Shown piece by piece: positions 35,973 through 47,961 of a DNA stretch of 64,000 nucleotides. The stretch comes from Fistulifera solaris. Lineage: Eukaryota. The position numbers and the translations under genes were made by a program. Every line of letters starts with the position of its first letter. The first letter of the stretch is position 1. The notes below the pieces were generated by a model. The model was not told the origin of the DNA. It was given only the letters and a program-made list of their open reading frames with translations, and ran no database searches. Location: the NCBI GenBank assembly GCA_030295235.1, contig AP026151.1, positions 434,001 through 498,000 on the forward strand, read 5' to 3'.

Positions 35973-38900
35973 TCAGTCCGTTGCACGCCTCGCTCTCTTG
36001 GCCGTTTCGCAATCGCTGCTATCATTACGTTCTTCTTCCCCAACTGGCACCGTCTCCTCTGTTTCTGTTTCAACCATCACGTTTTCCATGTTTGGGAGAA
36101 TGACTTGATTAACGACATAGATTTGGGCATTTCCTTCGGGACAGGTTTGAAGATACTGGCTGATGATTCGCGGAAGAGACTCCCACGAGTTACCGTTGCC
36201 TTTTTGGTACAAGCAATCGTTGGCACAGACAGTGGTCGTTTCTTCGGCATTGGCCATTCTAACGCTGCCGTTGCATTCGAGATCAGTTGATAGCAACACT
36301 TTGTCAACAACATGATACAAAAGGATGTCCGTAAGCAGATCATTGTCGGCAAGCACAGCGTCTAGCATTTCAGTTCCAAGCGTCGAAAAGGCATCGTCAG
36401 TCGGAGCAAAGACCGTAAAAGATCCTTCGCTTAAGGTACCGGCCAATCCGGCCTGCGTCACAGCCGAACACAAAGTCGTTAAGTTAGCGATGCTGCAAAT
36501 GATTTCGGCTGCAATTGAAATATCAAAAACAGGGACGTGAGAATATCAGTTATTCGGTTGGTATCTTCGCAAAGTGCGAGTATGGAACACTTACGGATGG
36601 TTTTGCAAGCTGTCGGAACTGCTTCTTCAACTGGTTCTGGTTCTGGTTGCGGCACGATTTCCTCCGCGGCGTCAGGCATTCCGTAATCACTGCTATCATT
36701 ACGTTCGTCTTCCACAACTGGCACTGTCTCCTCAGTTTCTGTTTCAATTATCACGTCTTCCAGAGTTGGGAGAATGACTTGATTAACGACATAGATTTGG
36801 GCATTTCCTTGGGGACAGGTTTGAAGATACTGGCTGATGATATGCGGCATTGCATCCGGAGAGTTGCCGTCACCTTTTTGATATAAGCACTCGTTGGCAC
36901 AGATGGTGGTCGTTTCTCCACCATTGACCATTCTAACGCTGCCGTTGCATTCGAGATCAGCTGATAGCAACACTTCGTCAACAACATGATACAGTAGAAT
37001 ATTCGTAAGCAGATCATTGTCGGCAAGCACAGCGTCTAGCATTTCAGTTCCAAGCGTCGAAAAGGCGTCGTCAGTCGGAGCAAAGACTGTAAAAGATCCT
37101 TCGCTTAAGGTACCGGCCAATCCGGCCTGCGTCACGGCCGAACACAAAGTCGTTAAGTTAGCAATGCCGCAAATGATTTCGGCTGCAATTGAAATATCAA
37201 AAACAGGGACGTGAGAATATCAGTTATTCGGTTGGTATCTTCGCAAAGTGCGAGTATGGAACACTTACGGATGGTTTTGCAAGCTGTCGGAACTGCTTCT
37301 TCAACTGGTTCTGGTTCTGGTTGCGGCACGATTTCCTCCGCGGCGTCAGGCGTTCCGTAATCACTGCTATCATTACGTTCGTCTTCCACAACTGGCACCG
37401 TCTCCTCAGTTTCTGTTTCAATTATCACGTCTTCCAGAGTTGGGAGAATGACTTGATTAACGACGTAGATTTGGGCATTTCCTTGGGGACAGGTTTGAAG
37501 ATACTGGCTGATGATATGCGGCATTGCATCCGGAGAGTTGCCGTCACCTTTTTGATATAAGCACTCGTTGGCACAGATGGTGGTCGTTTCTCCACCATTG
37601 ACCATTCTAACGCTGCCGTTGCATTCGAGATCAGTTGATAGCAACACTTCGTCAACAACATGATACAGTAGAATATTCGTAAGCAGATCATTGTCGGCAA
37701 GCACAGCGTCTAGCATTTCAGTTCCAAGCGTCGAAAAGGCGTCGTCAGTCGGAGCAAAGACTGTAAAAGATCCTTCGCTTAAGGTACCGGCCAATCCGGC
37801 CTGCGTCACGGCCGAACACAAAGTCGTTAAGTTAGCAATGCCGCAAATGATTTCGGCTGCAATTGAAATATCAAAAACAGGGACGTGAGAATATCAGTTA
37901 TTCGGTTGGTATCTTCGCAAAGTGCGAGTATGGAACACTTACGGATGGTTTTGCAAGCTGTCGGAACTGCTTCTTCAACTGGTTCTGGTTCTGGTTGCGG
38001 CACGATTTCCTCCGCGGCGTCAGGCGTTCCGTAATCACTGCTATCATTACGTTCGTCTTCCACAACTGGCACTGTCTCCTCAGTTTCTGTTTCAATTATC
38101 ACGTCTTCCAGAGTTGGGAGAATGACTTGATCAACGACATAGATTTGGCCGTTGCAGGCAAGGTTACTTCGGATGATTTGCGGCATTGCATCCGGAGCGT
38201 TTCCTGCACATGTTTGAAAGATTGCGTTATCCACACAAACGGTGGTCGTTTCTTCGCCATTGGCCATCGTGATGCTGCCGTTACATTCCAGATCATTTGA
38301 GAGTATTACCTCGTCAACAAGGTGATAGAGAAGAATGTCGGTGAGGAATGTATTATTGGTTAGGACGACATTCAGCAACTCGGAGCCTAGATTTGTGAAT
38401 CCCTCATTCGTAGGAGCAAAGACGGTGAAGGATCCGCCACTCAACATTTCTTCCAGTCCAGCTTGTGTCACGGCGGCGCACAAGGTTGACAATTCTTCAG
38501 TGCTACAAGCGATCTCAGCTACAATAATGAATGGAAAGGAGACGGAACGACGCTGATGACGTGAGAATATGGTGGTCTGGGCTTTGTTTTTCTCGAAAAA
38601 GCGGAGAATTGAACTCACCGATGTTACTGCAAGTAGTTGGTGTGGCCTCGTTATTCTGCTCTTGTTCGGGCGGCGTCGACTCATTATTTTCCTCCTGCGC
38701 TTCTGGCTCTTCCGTAACTGTATCAACCATCCTGTCTTCAATGTCGGGAAGAAGGACCCGATTCAGGACGTGTATGCGTCCTGAACAGGTTTGAAGATTC
38801 TGGCTGATGATTCGCGGAAGAGACTCCCACGAGTTACCGTTGCCTTTTTGGTACAAGCAATCGTTGGCACAGACAGTGGTCGTTTCTTCGGCATTGGCCA

Positions 38901-39458
38901 TTCTAACGCTGCCGTTGCATTCGAGATCAGTTGATAGCAACACTTCGTCAACAACATGATACAATAGAATGTCCGTAAGCAGATCATTGTCGGCAAGCAC
39001 AGCGTCTAGCATTTCAGTTCCAAGCGTTGAAAAGGCATCGTCAGTTGGAGCAAAGACCGTATAGGATCCTTCGCTTAAGGTGCCGGCCAATCCGGCCTGC
39101 GTCACGGCCGCACACAGAGTCGATAAGTTAACGATGCTGCAGATAGTTTCGGCTGCAATTGAAGTATCGGAAACAAGAACGTGAGAATATCAGTTATTCG
39201 GTCGTTTCTTCGCAAAATTGCGAGTATGGAACACTTACGGATGGTTCTGCAAGCAGTGGGTGCGACTTCATTAACGGATTCGATCTCAGGCATGGTTGCC
39301 GTTGCTCCTTGTGCCGCACCCGGCATGGTTGCTGTGGAAGAGAGAAAGTAATTTCGATGAGCGCTCGCGGAAATAAAAAAAACTGCATTCTAGTCTGGCA
39401 ACATACCACTCGCATACGCAACGAGCGTCGCGATAATCAGATTCCAAAGGGATGTCAT
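35973..39458 (-). CDS. Secreted fasciclin protein with five FAS1 domains and acidic/Pro linkers
   Basis: Signal exon MTSLWNLIIATLVAYAS from 39458. Five copies of (F/Y)TVFAPT..F, ILLYH(V/L)V and I(Y/H)V...V(I/L)LP. Phase-1 introns 39153-39238, 38519-38618, 37857-37942, 37183-37268 and 36509-36594. Confidence 0.92.
36012..38148. repeat. Tandem direct repeat, 674-bp unit (FAS1 exon + 86-nt intron), about 3 copies
   Basis: Landmarks recur at 36481/37155/37829, and ORF ends fall at 36479/37153/37827. A further homologous unit lies at ~38780-39250. Confidence 0.97.
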
Positions 39459-40039
39459 TGTCGATTTTGCGCTCTTACTCTCTATTTCCTATTACTGATC
39501 GTCACGTAAATAGGATGATGATGGAAAAAATGAGGGCCAAAGTGAATTTCAACGAGTCGTGCCAATCTTCGGCGGCGTCCATGACTTAGGACCCAGGACT
39601 GCTCGCTCTATCATTCCGACTGACTCATCTTCTGGTTTGTGCGTCATCGCTCGACGTGTATAGAATAAACAGTAGGAAACGGCGGGATTTGAAATTCAAA
39701 AAATCATGTGCAATTGAATCTTGTTTCTGTCATGAGCTAAGTAGAAAATATCATGCGCTCTTTGAAAACGAGCGGGGAATGAGTAACTTTGCAATGCATA
39801 GTGAGAATTAGAAGACGAGGAATGGTTTGCATTGGCGAATGAGGAACGCGCTTCACGAATCACCGCATAGCCCTCATTCGATGGAAATCAATGAGCTTGC
39901 GCACTAACAGTTGTGACGAGTGTGCTCAGCGATGTCAGCAACCTTTGCAGATAGACCTAGAAAAATACGGCTCCCATAGTCAACCTAGATTTAAACACCC
40001 TTATCTCTAAATACATATTACGGAGTATCAAAGAACAAC

Positions 40040-40283
40040 TTACATCATTGGGAGAATGACTTCATCCACAGCGTGCAACACGCTGTTATTGCACACCGGA
40101 AGATCCACAACGACGACTAAAGGCAACGCGGTTGCGTCGTTGCCTTGACCCGCTCGATAAATATCGCCATTCTCACAAAAAGTGCGACTCGCTTGACCAT
40201 CGGCCATTGCCACCTTGCCTTCGCATACGAGATCTGCCGAGTCAATGGCACTTTTCAACTACATGATACAACAGAATGTCTGT
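40040..40283 (-). pseudogene. Fasciclin relic (C-terminal half of FAS1) overlapping the 3' end of HIBCH copy B
   Basis: TDILLYHVVE/SAIDSADLVCEGKVAMADGQASRTFCENGDIY..G.GN....LP.......CNNSVLHAVDEVILPMM* aligns with the neighbouring FAS1 domains. No 5' half is present. Confidence 0.85.
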
Positions 40284-41475
40284 GCGACCCTATCGTTTCA
40301 AGTTCGTGATCAACAGGTTGAAAAAAAGATTCCACATACTCTGCCGTAACATCTTCGAGTGTGGCCGGGTCCCACAAAGGGCTTCGATCCTTATCTACAA
40401 CGGCAGCTCGCACACCTTCGTAAAAATCCGATTTATTGCTCCGTGTCGTGCGCAAACATCCTTGCGTCATCCGAAATTCCATTCGTAACGCGTCACCGAT
40501 GTTGGTAGCCGCGGCACCTCGTTCAAGACCCAGGAACGTTATCTTAAGACTTGTAGGCGACATCTTTGACAGCGCGAAATGAGTTTGATTAGCAAAGGTA
40601 TTTGAATTCGATGCCGAGAGTGCTGTCATGGCATCTTCTACACTCTTCGCATTGTTGAAATATTTCTCGATATCTTTTCTATCTTGAGCTAGGGAACATT
40701 CATCTGGCAGAGGATTGGTTGTTTCGTGAAAGGCGTCGAGAACGTGACCGAAGGGATCTACAGTGTCCCTTGTACTTGCTACGATCAACTCTTGCTCGAG
40801 CTGATCCAGTTTCGCGGATGGCACGTAGTGCGTCGCCAGACCCGTGTACATCAAATCTGCGGGCATGAGACGTCGTCCAGTTAATGCTATGTAACGAGCC
40901 AGTGGCAGCGATAACATGCGGGGCATCCAAAACATCGATCCAATGTCGGGGAACAAGCCGATGCTTGTCTCTGGCATGGCAAAAACCGTTCTCTCCGTTG
41001 CTATTCGGTATTTTCCGTATATTGAAATACCCACGCCTCCGCCCATCACAATGCCATCCCAGAAAGAAAGCACAACGGGATTATTTCTGTGTCTCGGAAT
41101 ACCGCTGACATGATAAGAAGCCATAGAGGACGTTGTTAACGCTGCGAGGTAATCGTTCAGTAGGTATATTTGACGAAAAAATTCCGAGGCATGCGGCGGA
41201 GGCTTGCCTCGTCTGCAATTGGTTTCTGTTACATCTTCTTCGTACAAACGCTTCAGATCTCCACCAGCACAAAATGCAGGAATCATACCATTTTCTTTAA
41301 CCGACTTTATTAATATTCCGGAAGGACAATTGTCTTGCTGAATCCATTCCTCTAGGGCGTCGCGTATGCAATTGATCATGTCGAGTGACACGGCATTCAG
41401 TGTCTTCGAATTATTCAACAGAAACACGCCCAAGTTTGCCGATCGCGAAGGCAATAAATGCGGCGTGAGTCGCAT
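40255..41475 (-). CDS. HIBCH: 3-hydroxyisobutyryl-CoA hydrolase-like, copy B (diverged)
   Basis: AFCAGGDL, WDGIVMGGGVGIS, TERTVFAMPETSIGLFPD, SPTSLK, DFYEGVRA.VVDKD. Confidence 0.9.
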   Translation of the reverse strand: MRLTPHLLPSRSANLGVFLLNNSKTLNAVSLDMINCIRDALEEWIQQDNCPSGILIKSVKENGMIPAFCAGGDLKRLYEEDVTETNCRRGKPPPHASEFFRQIYLLNDYLAALTTSSMASYHVSGIPRHRNNPVVLSFWDGIVMGGGVGISIYGKYRIATERTVFAMPETSIGLFPDIGSMFWMPRMLSLPLARYIALTGRRLMPADLMYTGLATHYVPSAKLDQLEQELIVASTRDTVDPFGHVLDAFHETTNPLPDECSLAQDRKDIEKYFNNAKSVEDAMTALSASNSNTFANQTHFALSKMSPTSLKITFLGLERGAAATNIGDALRMEFRMTQGCLRTTRSNKSDFYEGVRAAVVDKDRSPLWDPATLEDVTAEYVESFFQPVDHELETIGSHRHSVVSCS

Positions 41476-41847
41476 CTTTTATGAATATACAGGAAACGAA
41501 TTCAAATTGAAGATCATCAAGAAGATTGGCTATTTATTAATGCAGGCATTTGACTTGAGCGAAAATGCGCTTTTTATGAAAAAAGGAGAAGAAACTCGTG
41601 AATGCGTCTTGTAGTACTCTAACACGTTTTGTATTATTACATCGGCTATTGCTCGTCGCTTTAGACTTTAGCAATGGACTTTGCGGAGGTTCTAGGGTGA
41701 ACTTTGAACTATGCTCTGTTATGCTGAGGCTCTAACTGAAAAGATAGCGACAGGACAAGCTAAATAGCCACCGATAGCGTGTATTTCCTGCCAACATACC
41801 TAGTAGTAATGAAGTAGCACAAAAATTCATATCATGCAGCACGTGAT

Positions 41848-43094
41848 TCAGTAAGGATACGGATTGACAATTCTCCTCGCCGCCAACACCTTATGTTGAT
41901 CTTCGACTCCGGAAAACTCCAGTTCGTGCTCTATAGGTTCAAAAAGGATTCCACATGGTCTTCTGTGACGTCCTGAAGCGACGCCGGATTCCAACAAGGA
42001 TTCCTATCTTTATCGACAAGGGCAGCTCGGACACCCTCGTAAAAATCCGATCTGCGGCTTTCTCTCGCGCGCAAGCACCCTTGAGCCATGCGATATTCCA
42101 TTCGTAGCGCGTCGCTAATGTTGGTTGCCGCCGCACCACGTTCAAGACCCAGCATCGTTATTTTGAGACTCGTCGGCGACATTTTACTCAAAATCGAATG
42201 AGTTTTTCCTGCAAAGGAATCTGGATCCGACCCCGATAGAGTGGCCATAATGTCTTCAACACTCTTTGCGTTGCCAAAAAAATTGTCGATATCCTTTGAA
42301 TCTTGGGCTAGGGAACACTCATCTGGGGGAGGATTGGTTGTTTCGTCAAAGGCGTCGAGAACGGAGCCGAAAGGATCCGCATAGTCTTTTGTACTCGCTG
42401 AGATCAATTCTTGCTCAAGCTGTTCCAGATTCTCTGACGACACGTAGTGCGTCGCCAGACCCGTATATATCAAGTCCGCGGGCATAAGACGTCGCCCTGT
42501 GAGCGCAATGTAGAGGGCCAGAGATGGCGATAACAGGCGGGGCATCCAAAAGGTGGTCCCAACGTCAGGAAACAAGCCAATTCCTGTCTCTGGCATGGCA
42601 AACACCGTTCTCTCTGTTGCTATTCTATATTTTCCGTAGATGGAAATACCCACACCACCTCCCATGACGATGCCATCCCAAAACGAAATCACCACAGGAT
42701 TTTGTGAACACCTCGGAAAAGGGTTTTTGTGATAAGGTGCCATCGAGGACGTTGTTAAAGTAGCAAGAAAATTGTTCAGAAGGTACTCCTGTCGAAAAAA
42801 CTCAGAGGAATGGAGCCCTGGTTTTCCTTGACCGACAGCTTCCTCCGTCAAACCAATCTGATAGAGACGTTTGATATCGCCGCCTGCACAGAATGCGGGA
42901 GCTTTGTTCTCTTCCGTTGATGATTTTATGAGAACCCCCGAGGGACAATCTTCTTGCTTCACCCATTCATTCAACAAATCTTGCATGCAATGGATCATCT
43001 CAAGAGATACGGCGTTCAGAGCCTTCGGATTGTTGAGCAGCAGGACGCCCAAGTTGGAGGATCGTGATGGCAATAAATGAGGAGTGAAACGCAT
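41848..43094 (-). CDS. HIBCH: 3-hydroxyisobutyryl-CoA hydrolase-like, copy A
   Basis: LNNPKALNA, AFCAGGDI, FFRQEY, FAMPETGIGLFPDVG, DFYEGVRAALVDKD. A missing T at ~41943 extends the frame to FEPIEHELE...PYPY*. Confidence 0.92.
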
Positions 43095-43723
43095 GATGAT
43101 TTTTTCTCAAAACTCACGTTTCGGTAAAATTATCGATAAATCCAGTAATGGAATAAAATCATGAATGATTCATTTTCATTTGCTGAATAATAATGATTGA
43201 ATGAATAAAATAGCAACGACGTTGAATAAAAATTTTTGCCTCGTCGATGTTTAAAAGTAAATTCATTCGATCTTTGCGAACCTTAGTTTCGCACTGGTAT
43301 TTGCACACTAGCGGGAAATGTACTTTCCTGCTAAACGTGCGGCGTCTGGCCTCCACGCGATCGCCAAACGCAACGCAACGCCAAAACCGTGCACCATCGA
43401 ACTCCTCGCCAAACGCGCCGCAGAAACACATGAAGCTGTCGTCATCTTCTCGCCGCCGCATTTCCATGTTTCTTGTTCAATTCATTCAGTGAGGCTTTTG
43501 GTGGAATATCGCACTATAGGAAATACATTATCGTATCATTTCCATGATTACAAGAACGAAAGAAACACAAGAGAGAAGGCCTCCAGCCGGTGCGAGCGCT
43601 CACGGAGGCGTTCATTGCAAGTTTCATTTTCTCATTCTTTGGCTCTTCTTTCTCGTGCCGTCATTTGCTGTTCGACCATCACTTTCCATAAGCTCTTCAT
43701 CAAATGTGCGATCTCTTTTCATT

Positions 43724-44229
43724 ATGATAGCTTACAACTCGTTCGAAGTGCGAATTTTTATGTTCCAAATGGCGGAAATTCGAGTTACGTCAAAGCAGAG
43801 GATCCATTTTCCCGGTGGGGATTTGATACAGAAATGAAGGAGTCGAGCGTCGATGATTACATCGAGTTTCTCAACAGACGTCACTATCAATTGACGAGTG
43901 ACGAGTCGGAAAGCGAACTGCGATTTTATCTGCGAAAATGGCTCACGAAAAGCGTGCAACGGGGCAATGCGGTACCACTGCCGTACCCCTCGTTACTAGT
44001 GCCTTTGGAACAGGCGCCTCTACCGAAAAACGATTTGAATCCACCTCGAAATAAAATTTTGGCTGCCATAAAGACGAACTTCAGAAAGCTAGTCAAATTA
44101 TGGTCAGAACAGATGACGCGCACACGACAGTATGTCAAGTTGGCTCAACGCCACCTACAGGAGTTATCCTCAACTCTTCGGAAATCTGGCTTTTGTTTAA
44201 AAACATTATTTTTTGCAAACGTTGACTAG
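43724..44229 (+). CDS. Hypothetical protein, distant paralog of 44918-45571; start uncertain, possibly degenerate
   Basis: Shares the motif SVDDYIEFLNRRH with its neighbour's SVDAYLEFLHNRY. A candidate start ATGATAGC at 43724 is out of frame with the motif; an in-frame ATG lies at ~43834. Confidence 0.45.
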
Positions 44230-44917
44230 CCTCTTCATCAGGCGCTCTGGGACGAGACGGATTGATTGATAAGCACCTACTAATCCTCAATCAAGCGAGC
44301 AGCGACGTTGCATTGCGTCTCAAGACTCAAGATTCTAGATTGATGAAACTGGATGTCGAAAATATGTTAATGTTGTTTAATTATGTCGTTTAATACTAAC
44401 TATCTAAGGTTGCATGGATCTGTTTCGGCGTTTGTGCTTTGCATTGACATTGGACTAAGTCTAAGGTTAGTAAAGCCGTTCCCACCGAAGCTCCACTATA
44501 ATTCGAATTGCCTGGTCTTAATTTTTACCGACGCTATAAACGCTAGGAAAATAACTTAATCAGCCGTATCGCAAACCCGACCGCAACGCAAAATGCGGTA
44601 TTTAAATGATACCGAGATTCTTTCACTCTCTCATAGAAAGTATCGGCCTTCAGGTGGCGTTTTGGAACCTGGCATCTGGCACTTTATCTCAAAACGGAAA
44701 GTAGACTCTCTACTATACGCTTAAAAGTAAAAGGACCAAAGGTTGGAATTCTAAATGGAATCGTGAAGGATCGGAGAAGCGCAGGAATGAAAAAGTCCGC
44801 GAACAAAAATTCTGGATCCCATAAACAAAAACTCCCCCCATCTCCATTGCAACTTTTATTTTTTCACAATCAAAGATCTATGCAACCAAAGATACAACAA
44901 CAAATAATATCAAAAGG

Positions 44918-45571
44918 ATGATAGCAAAGCGCCTGTTTCAGTTACTAGCAGCTTACTTGCTTGCGAACGTATCATACGCTTTACAAGGTCGAGTTGTACC
45001 TTTGAGGGAGTTCACTCGACTGAATTACAAAGAGGAACACAGTGTTTCCCATCATGTGCAATCGTCCGAGCAGCAAGAAAGTGTCGATGCATATTTGGAG
45101 TTCCTTCACAATCGATACAGTCGAATGAATGACGAAACGGAACTAATTGTAGGTAACAGTGGAAGAAAAACCTCGTCAGTATGGCAAATCTCCAGCTTAG
45201 AAGAAATAAGCACCTTGGAGGCGCTCGGTTTATCCAGTCTTGCTAGCCCAAAGCTCTTGCATAAATATCACACGGCATCAACGACTGAAAGCGAACTGAT
45301 TTCAGGACTAAACAAGATTATGGGCGTACTTGTTCTTGTAAGGAATCGCTTCATCGCTCTTTATGAGCCCAAGCTTCGCGCCCTTTCGTCAATTCTACTG
45401 CACGCAATAAAGACAATTCCTCAGATTTCCAACAAATTGATTACTCTTGGTGGCGGGAAGAAGTCCCTTTTGTTGTCCATGTCTGTGCTATCAGTCTTTC
45501 TCTTTTCAGTTGTTCGCCCACTGAACCAGAGTCTTCTCAACGGCGCTTTACAACAATTTACTAGAGCCTGA
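44918..45571 (+). CDS. Hypothetical protein with signal peptide and C-terminal hydrophobic segment
   Basis: MIAKRLFQLLAAYLLANVSYA, VDAYLEFL motif, LEALGLSSLAS, TM near the C-terminus. Confidence 0.7.
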   Translation: MIAKRLFQLLAAYLLANVSYALQGRVVPLREFTRLNYKEEHSVSHHVQSSEQQESVDAYLEFLHNRYSRMNDETELIVGNSGRKTSSVWQISSLEEISTLEALGLSSLASPKLLHKYHTASTTESELISGLNKIMGVLVLVRNRFIALYEPKLRALSSILLHAIKTIPQISNKLITLGGGKKSLLLSMSVLSVFLFSVVRPLNQSLLNGALQQFTRA

Positions 45572-46090
45572 AGAAGTTCATCCGCGGTTTTGAGAGGATC
45601 ACTTAACGTTTATATGTTGGATTTTGCAAGTGTTAACGGGTGCAGCGTCAAGAGCGCAGTTTTTTATTATAAAGAAGAAGAGATCACACTGAGCTCCGGG
45701 TTTTCCTGGATATGAGACTCATAAAATAGACCTAGAATACGATATACGATAAACACATAAATAATAATTAAATCTTTGATTCATTTTCCGTTCTTCTCTT
45801 TCTTTAGAGCTCTTGCCTCTTCGCGATCCATCATCATCTATCATCTTTCATCTCTCTATAAGCATTTTAAAAACTAAAAAGGGTGTCTCCAAGTAGTTTA
45901 AGGTTAAGTGTTAAGCAGGGGTCGTGACCACTGCGTGACCGTTCGCCAATTTTGGTCCGTTGCCGTTGAGCGTTGAGCTATGTACTTCCGTCCAACGTTT
46001 TTCGCTAGGACATTCAATTACTGTGGGAAACGCACGCAAAAATTATTTCACAAAAAAATAGATCATCATCTAAAGTTAACAGGTGCCTGT

Positions 46091-47564
46091 CTAAGATATA
46101 ATGCAAAGTTTCGACGAACCCTTCCCAGTGCGACTGTTACTATTTGACGTTGCAGCAGTGCGGCGTCGATGTTCTGCTTCGCGCTGGTTCTCTTCTGCTT
46201 GCAGTTGACAGGCCAGATGAAGACTCTCCTGTTCAAAATTGTTGTTCTGATTCTCTTGAAGCTGTATAGCCAAAAGCCGATCGGCGTCTTCTTGTGATTC
46301 CGGTTGGTTAACTGGCGGTGGTTTCCGAGCTTCGTCCGGTAATACATCATTTATTCCAGTATGAGGTTCCACGATGCCGTGGTATTCCCGTAAGCTTGCT
46401 TCCGTCGCTGCCGCCATGAGCTTGCCTTCCTGCTCGTCCAATCTCTGCTGCTGCAAGGGTTTTTCTCCGGAAGCCGCCTGTCCTGATAGTTCCAAAGCCA
46501 GCTGATAATCAGCATCTTCTTGACTGCTCATCGCCATCATTTGTTCCGGCGTCAGAGTAGGACCAAGCGAAAGCATTTGATCCTGCGATCCCAGTGCCTT
46601 AAAATCACTATTGACATAATCCGTATCTCCATCGATGACATCCAGACGCTCCCACACAATAGCTGGTGAATTGGCATATCCGAGATCCGTGACCAACAGG
46701 TACAAATGTCCATCTTCGTGCCTGGTCAACGTTCCAAAGTGATTGTTGCGGAAAAAGACACACAATTCATCTACTTGAAGATTTTCACGCAACAGCTCCA
46801 ATCCATAGTGAGTCAGCTGATGGCTCGTTTGATCCAAAAAATGCTGAGCCAGCAAAGCATCGTGCATTTCTTTTCCAGCAACTCCGACTTCCTTTGTAAA
46901 TCTTCCAGAGAGCTCATTAGATTGCTTTCTGGATTGACATGTAATGTTTCGATTCGATTTTTTATTTGTAACAACTCCTCCCCTTTTTCTTGCGCATGGA
47001 TGATTCTATCGATCAGAATGTTGTACGTATCGGAACCCATCGCACGAAACGTCGCTTCGTCCGTGACATCCACCAACCACCCGTGTACTAATTTGCAGCG
47101 TAACATATCAAATGCCGTCAACTGCGCCGTATACTCGTAGCCCGTAATCCCTTTGGTAAAAGCAGGATTCACATCCATTCCAAATTGAAACTTCGGAATG
47201 TGCTCCATCAGTTCATCGACATAGACCGCATGATCGTGTTCCGAATTCGACATGGCGTGTTCGGCTAACATGTTGGCTATACTATCCAATGATGCAATTC
47301 CTTTCCGGACGGCTTCCGATGGCAGAGTGCAGTCGCCTCGTAGTAGCAAGCAATTGGCGGCCGCTAAAGAGGACAGGGTCCATTCTCGTTCTGTAACAAA
47401 ATGAACCGATCTTGATTCTAAAAGGAAGGAAAAACAAGACGCACTCATTCAGGTTGATGTAGAAAACACAGTCGATTGCAAGACGCTGACTAGAAACCGA
47501 ATGAAGGGCTTTGCTTCGAAAAATTGCTTACCTGATATCGCACTGTCTTCAGTCGATACACCAT
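46091..47564 (-). CDS. MINDY1: MINDY-1/2 family deubiquitinase with MIU-like motifs and CaaX box
   Basis: Intron 47418-47531. QNENGPCPL(L)A (catalytic Cys), LVHGWLVD, FFRNNHF (catalytic His), LVTDLGY, DYQLALEL, DRLLAIQLQ, C-terminal CIIS. Indels at ~47367 and ~46870. Confidence 0.92.
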
Positions 47565-47961
47565 CGTAATCAAAGATGAACTATTCTCGTTACTCATGAC
47601 TTTCACCTTGTTCTTACTAACTCGTGGCTCTAGTCCTTTCAAGCTTTGGAAGTTTAAATGCTATGTATGAAAGGCGATTGTTTCCATTGTGTCGAATTAC
47701 AAACGGAATAGTCACTCGTGCATCCTGTCGTTTTCTCGTCGTGTGTTGTTGCATCGAAAGTCGAAAACGGTCCGTTTGGATCTTGCATGTGACGTACTCT
47801 TTGGAGCACAATGAGATCGTTCAGGGTTTTTTATTGGTATCGATGCGACAAAATCACGATCCTCCCCAAACATTCCAACAATAACTCTAGAACGCGCCGT
47901 GTACCAGCAAACTCATTATTTCACAAACGTAAATCGATATTGCAACGAAAGAAAAAGCAAC

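Noticed and set aside
36012..38148. 674-bp repeats as LTRs or a transposon
   Set aside because: The units are FAS1 exons plus introns; no RT, integrase or transposase motifs, TIRs or TSDs.
36479..39105. Separate small fasciclin genes suggested by the ORF track
   Set aside because: The ORFs end inside GT-AG introns; splicing joins them into one gene.
46091..46110. CaaX box on the deubiquitinase
   Set aside because: A known feature of MINDY-1/2 proteins.
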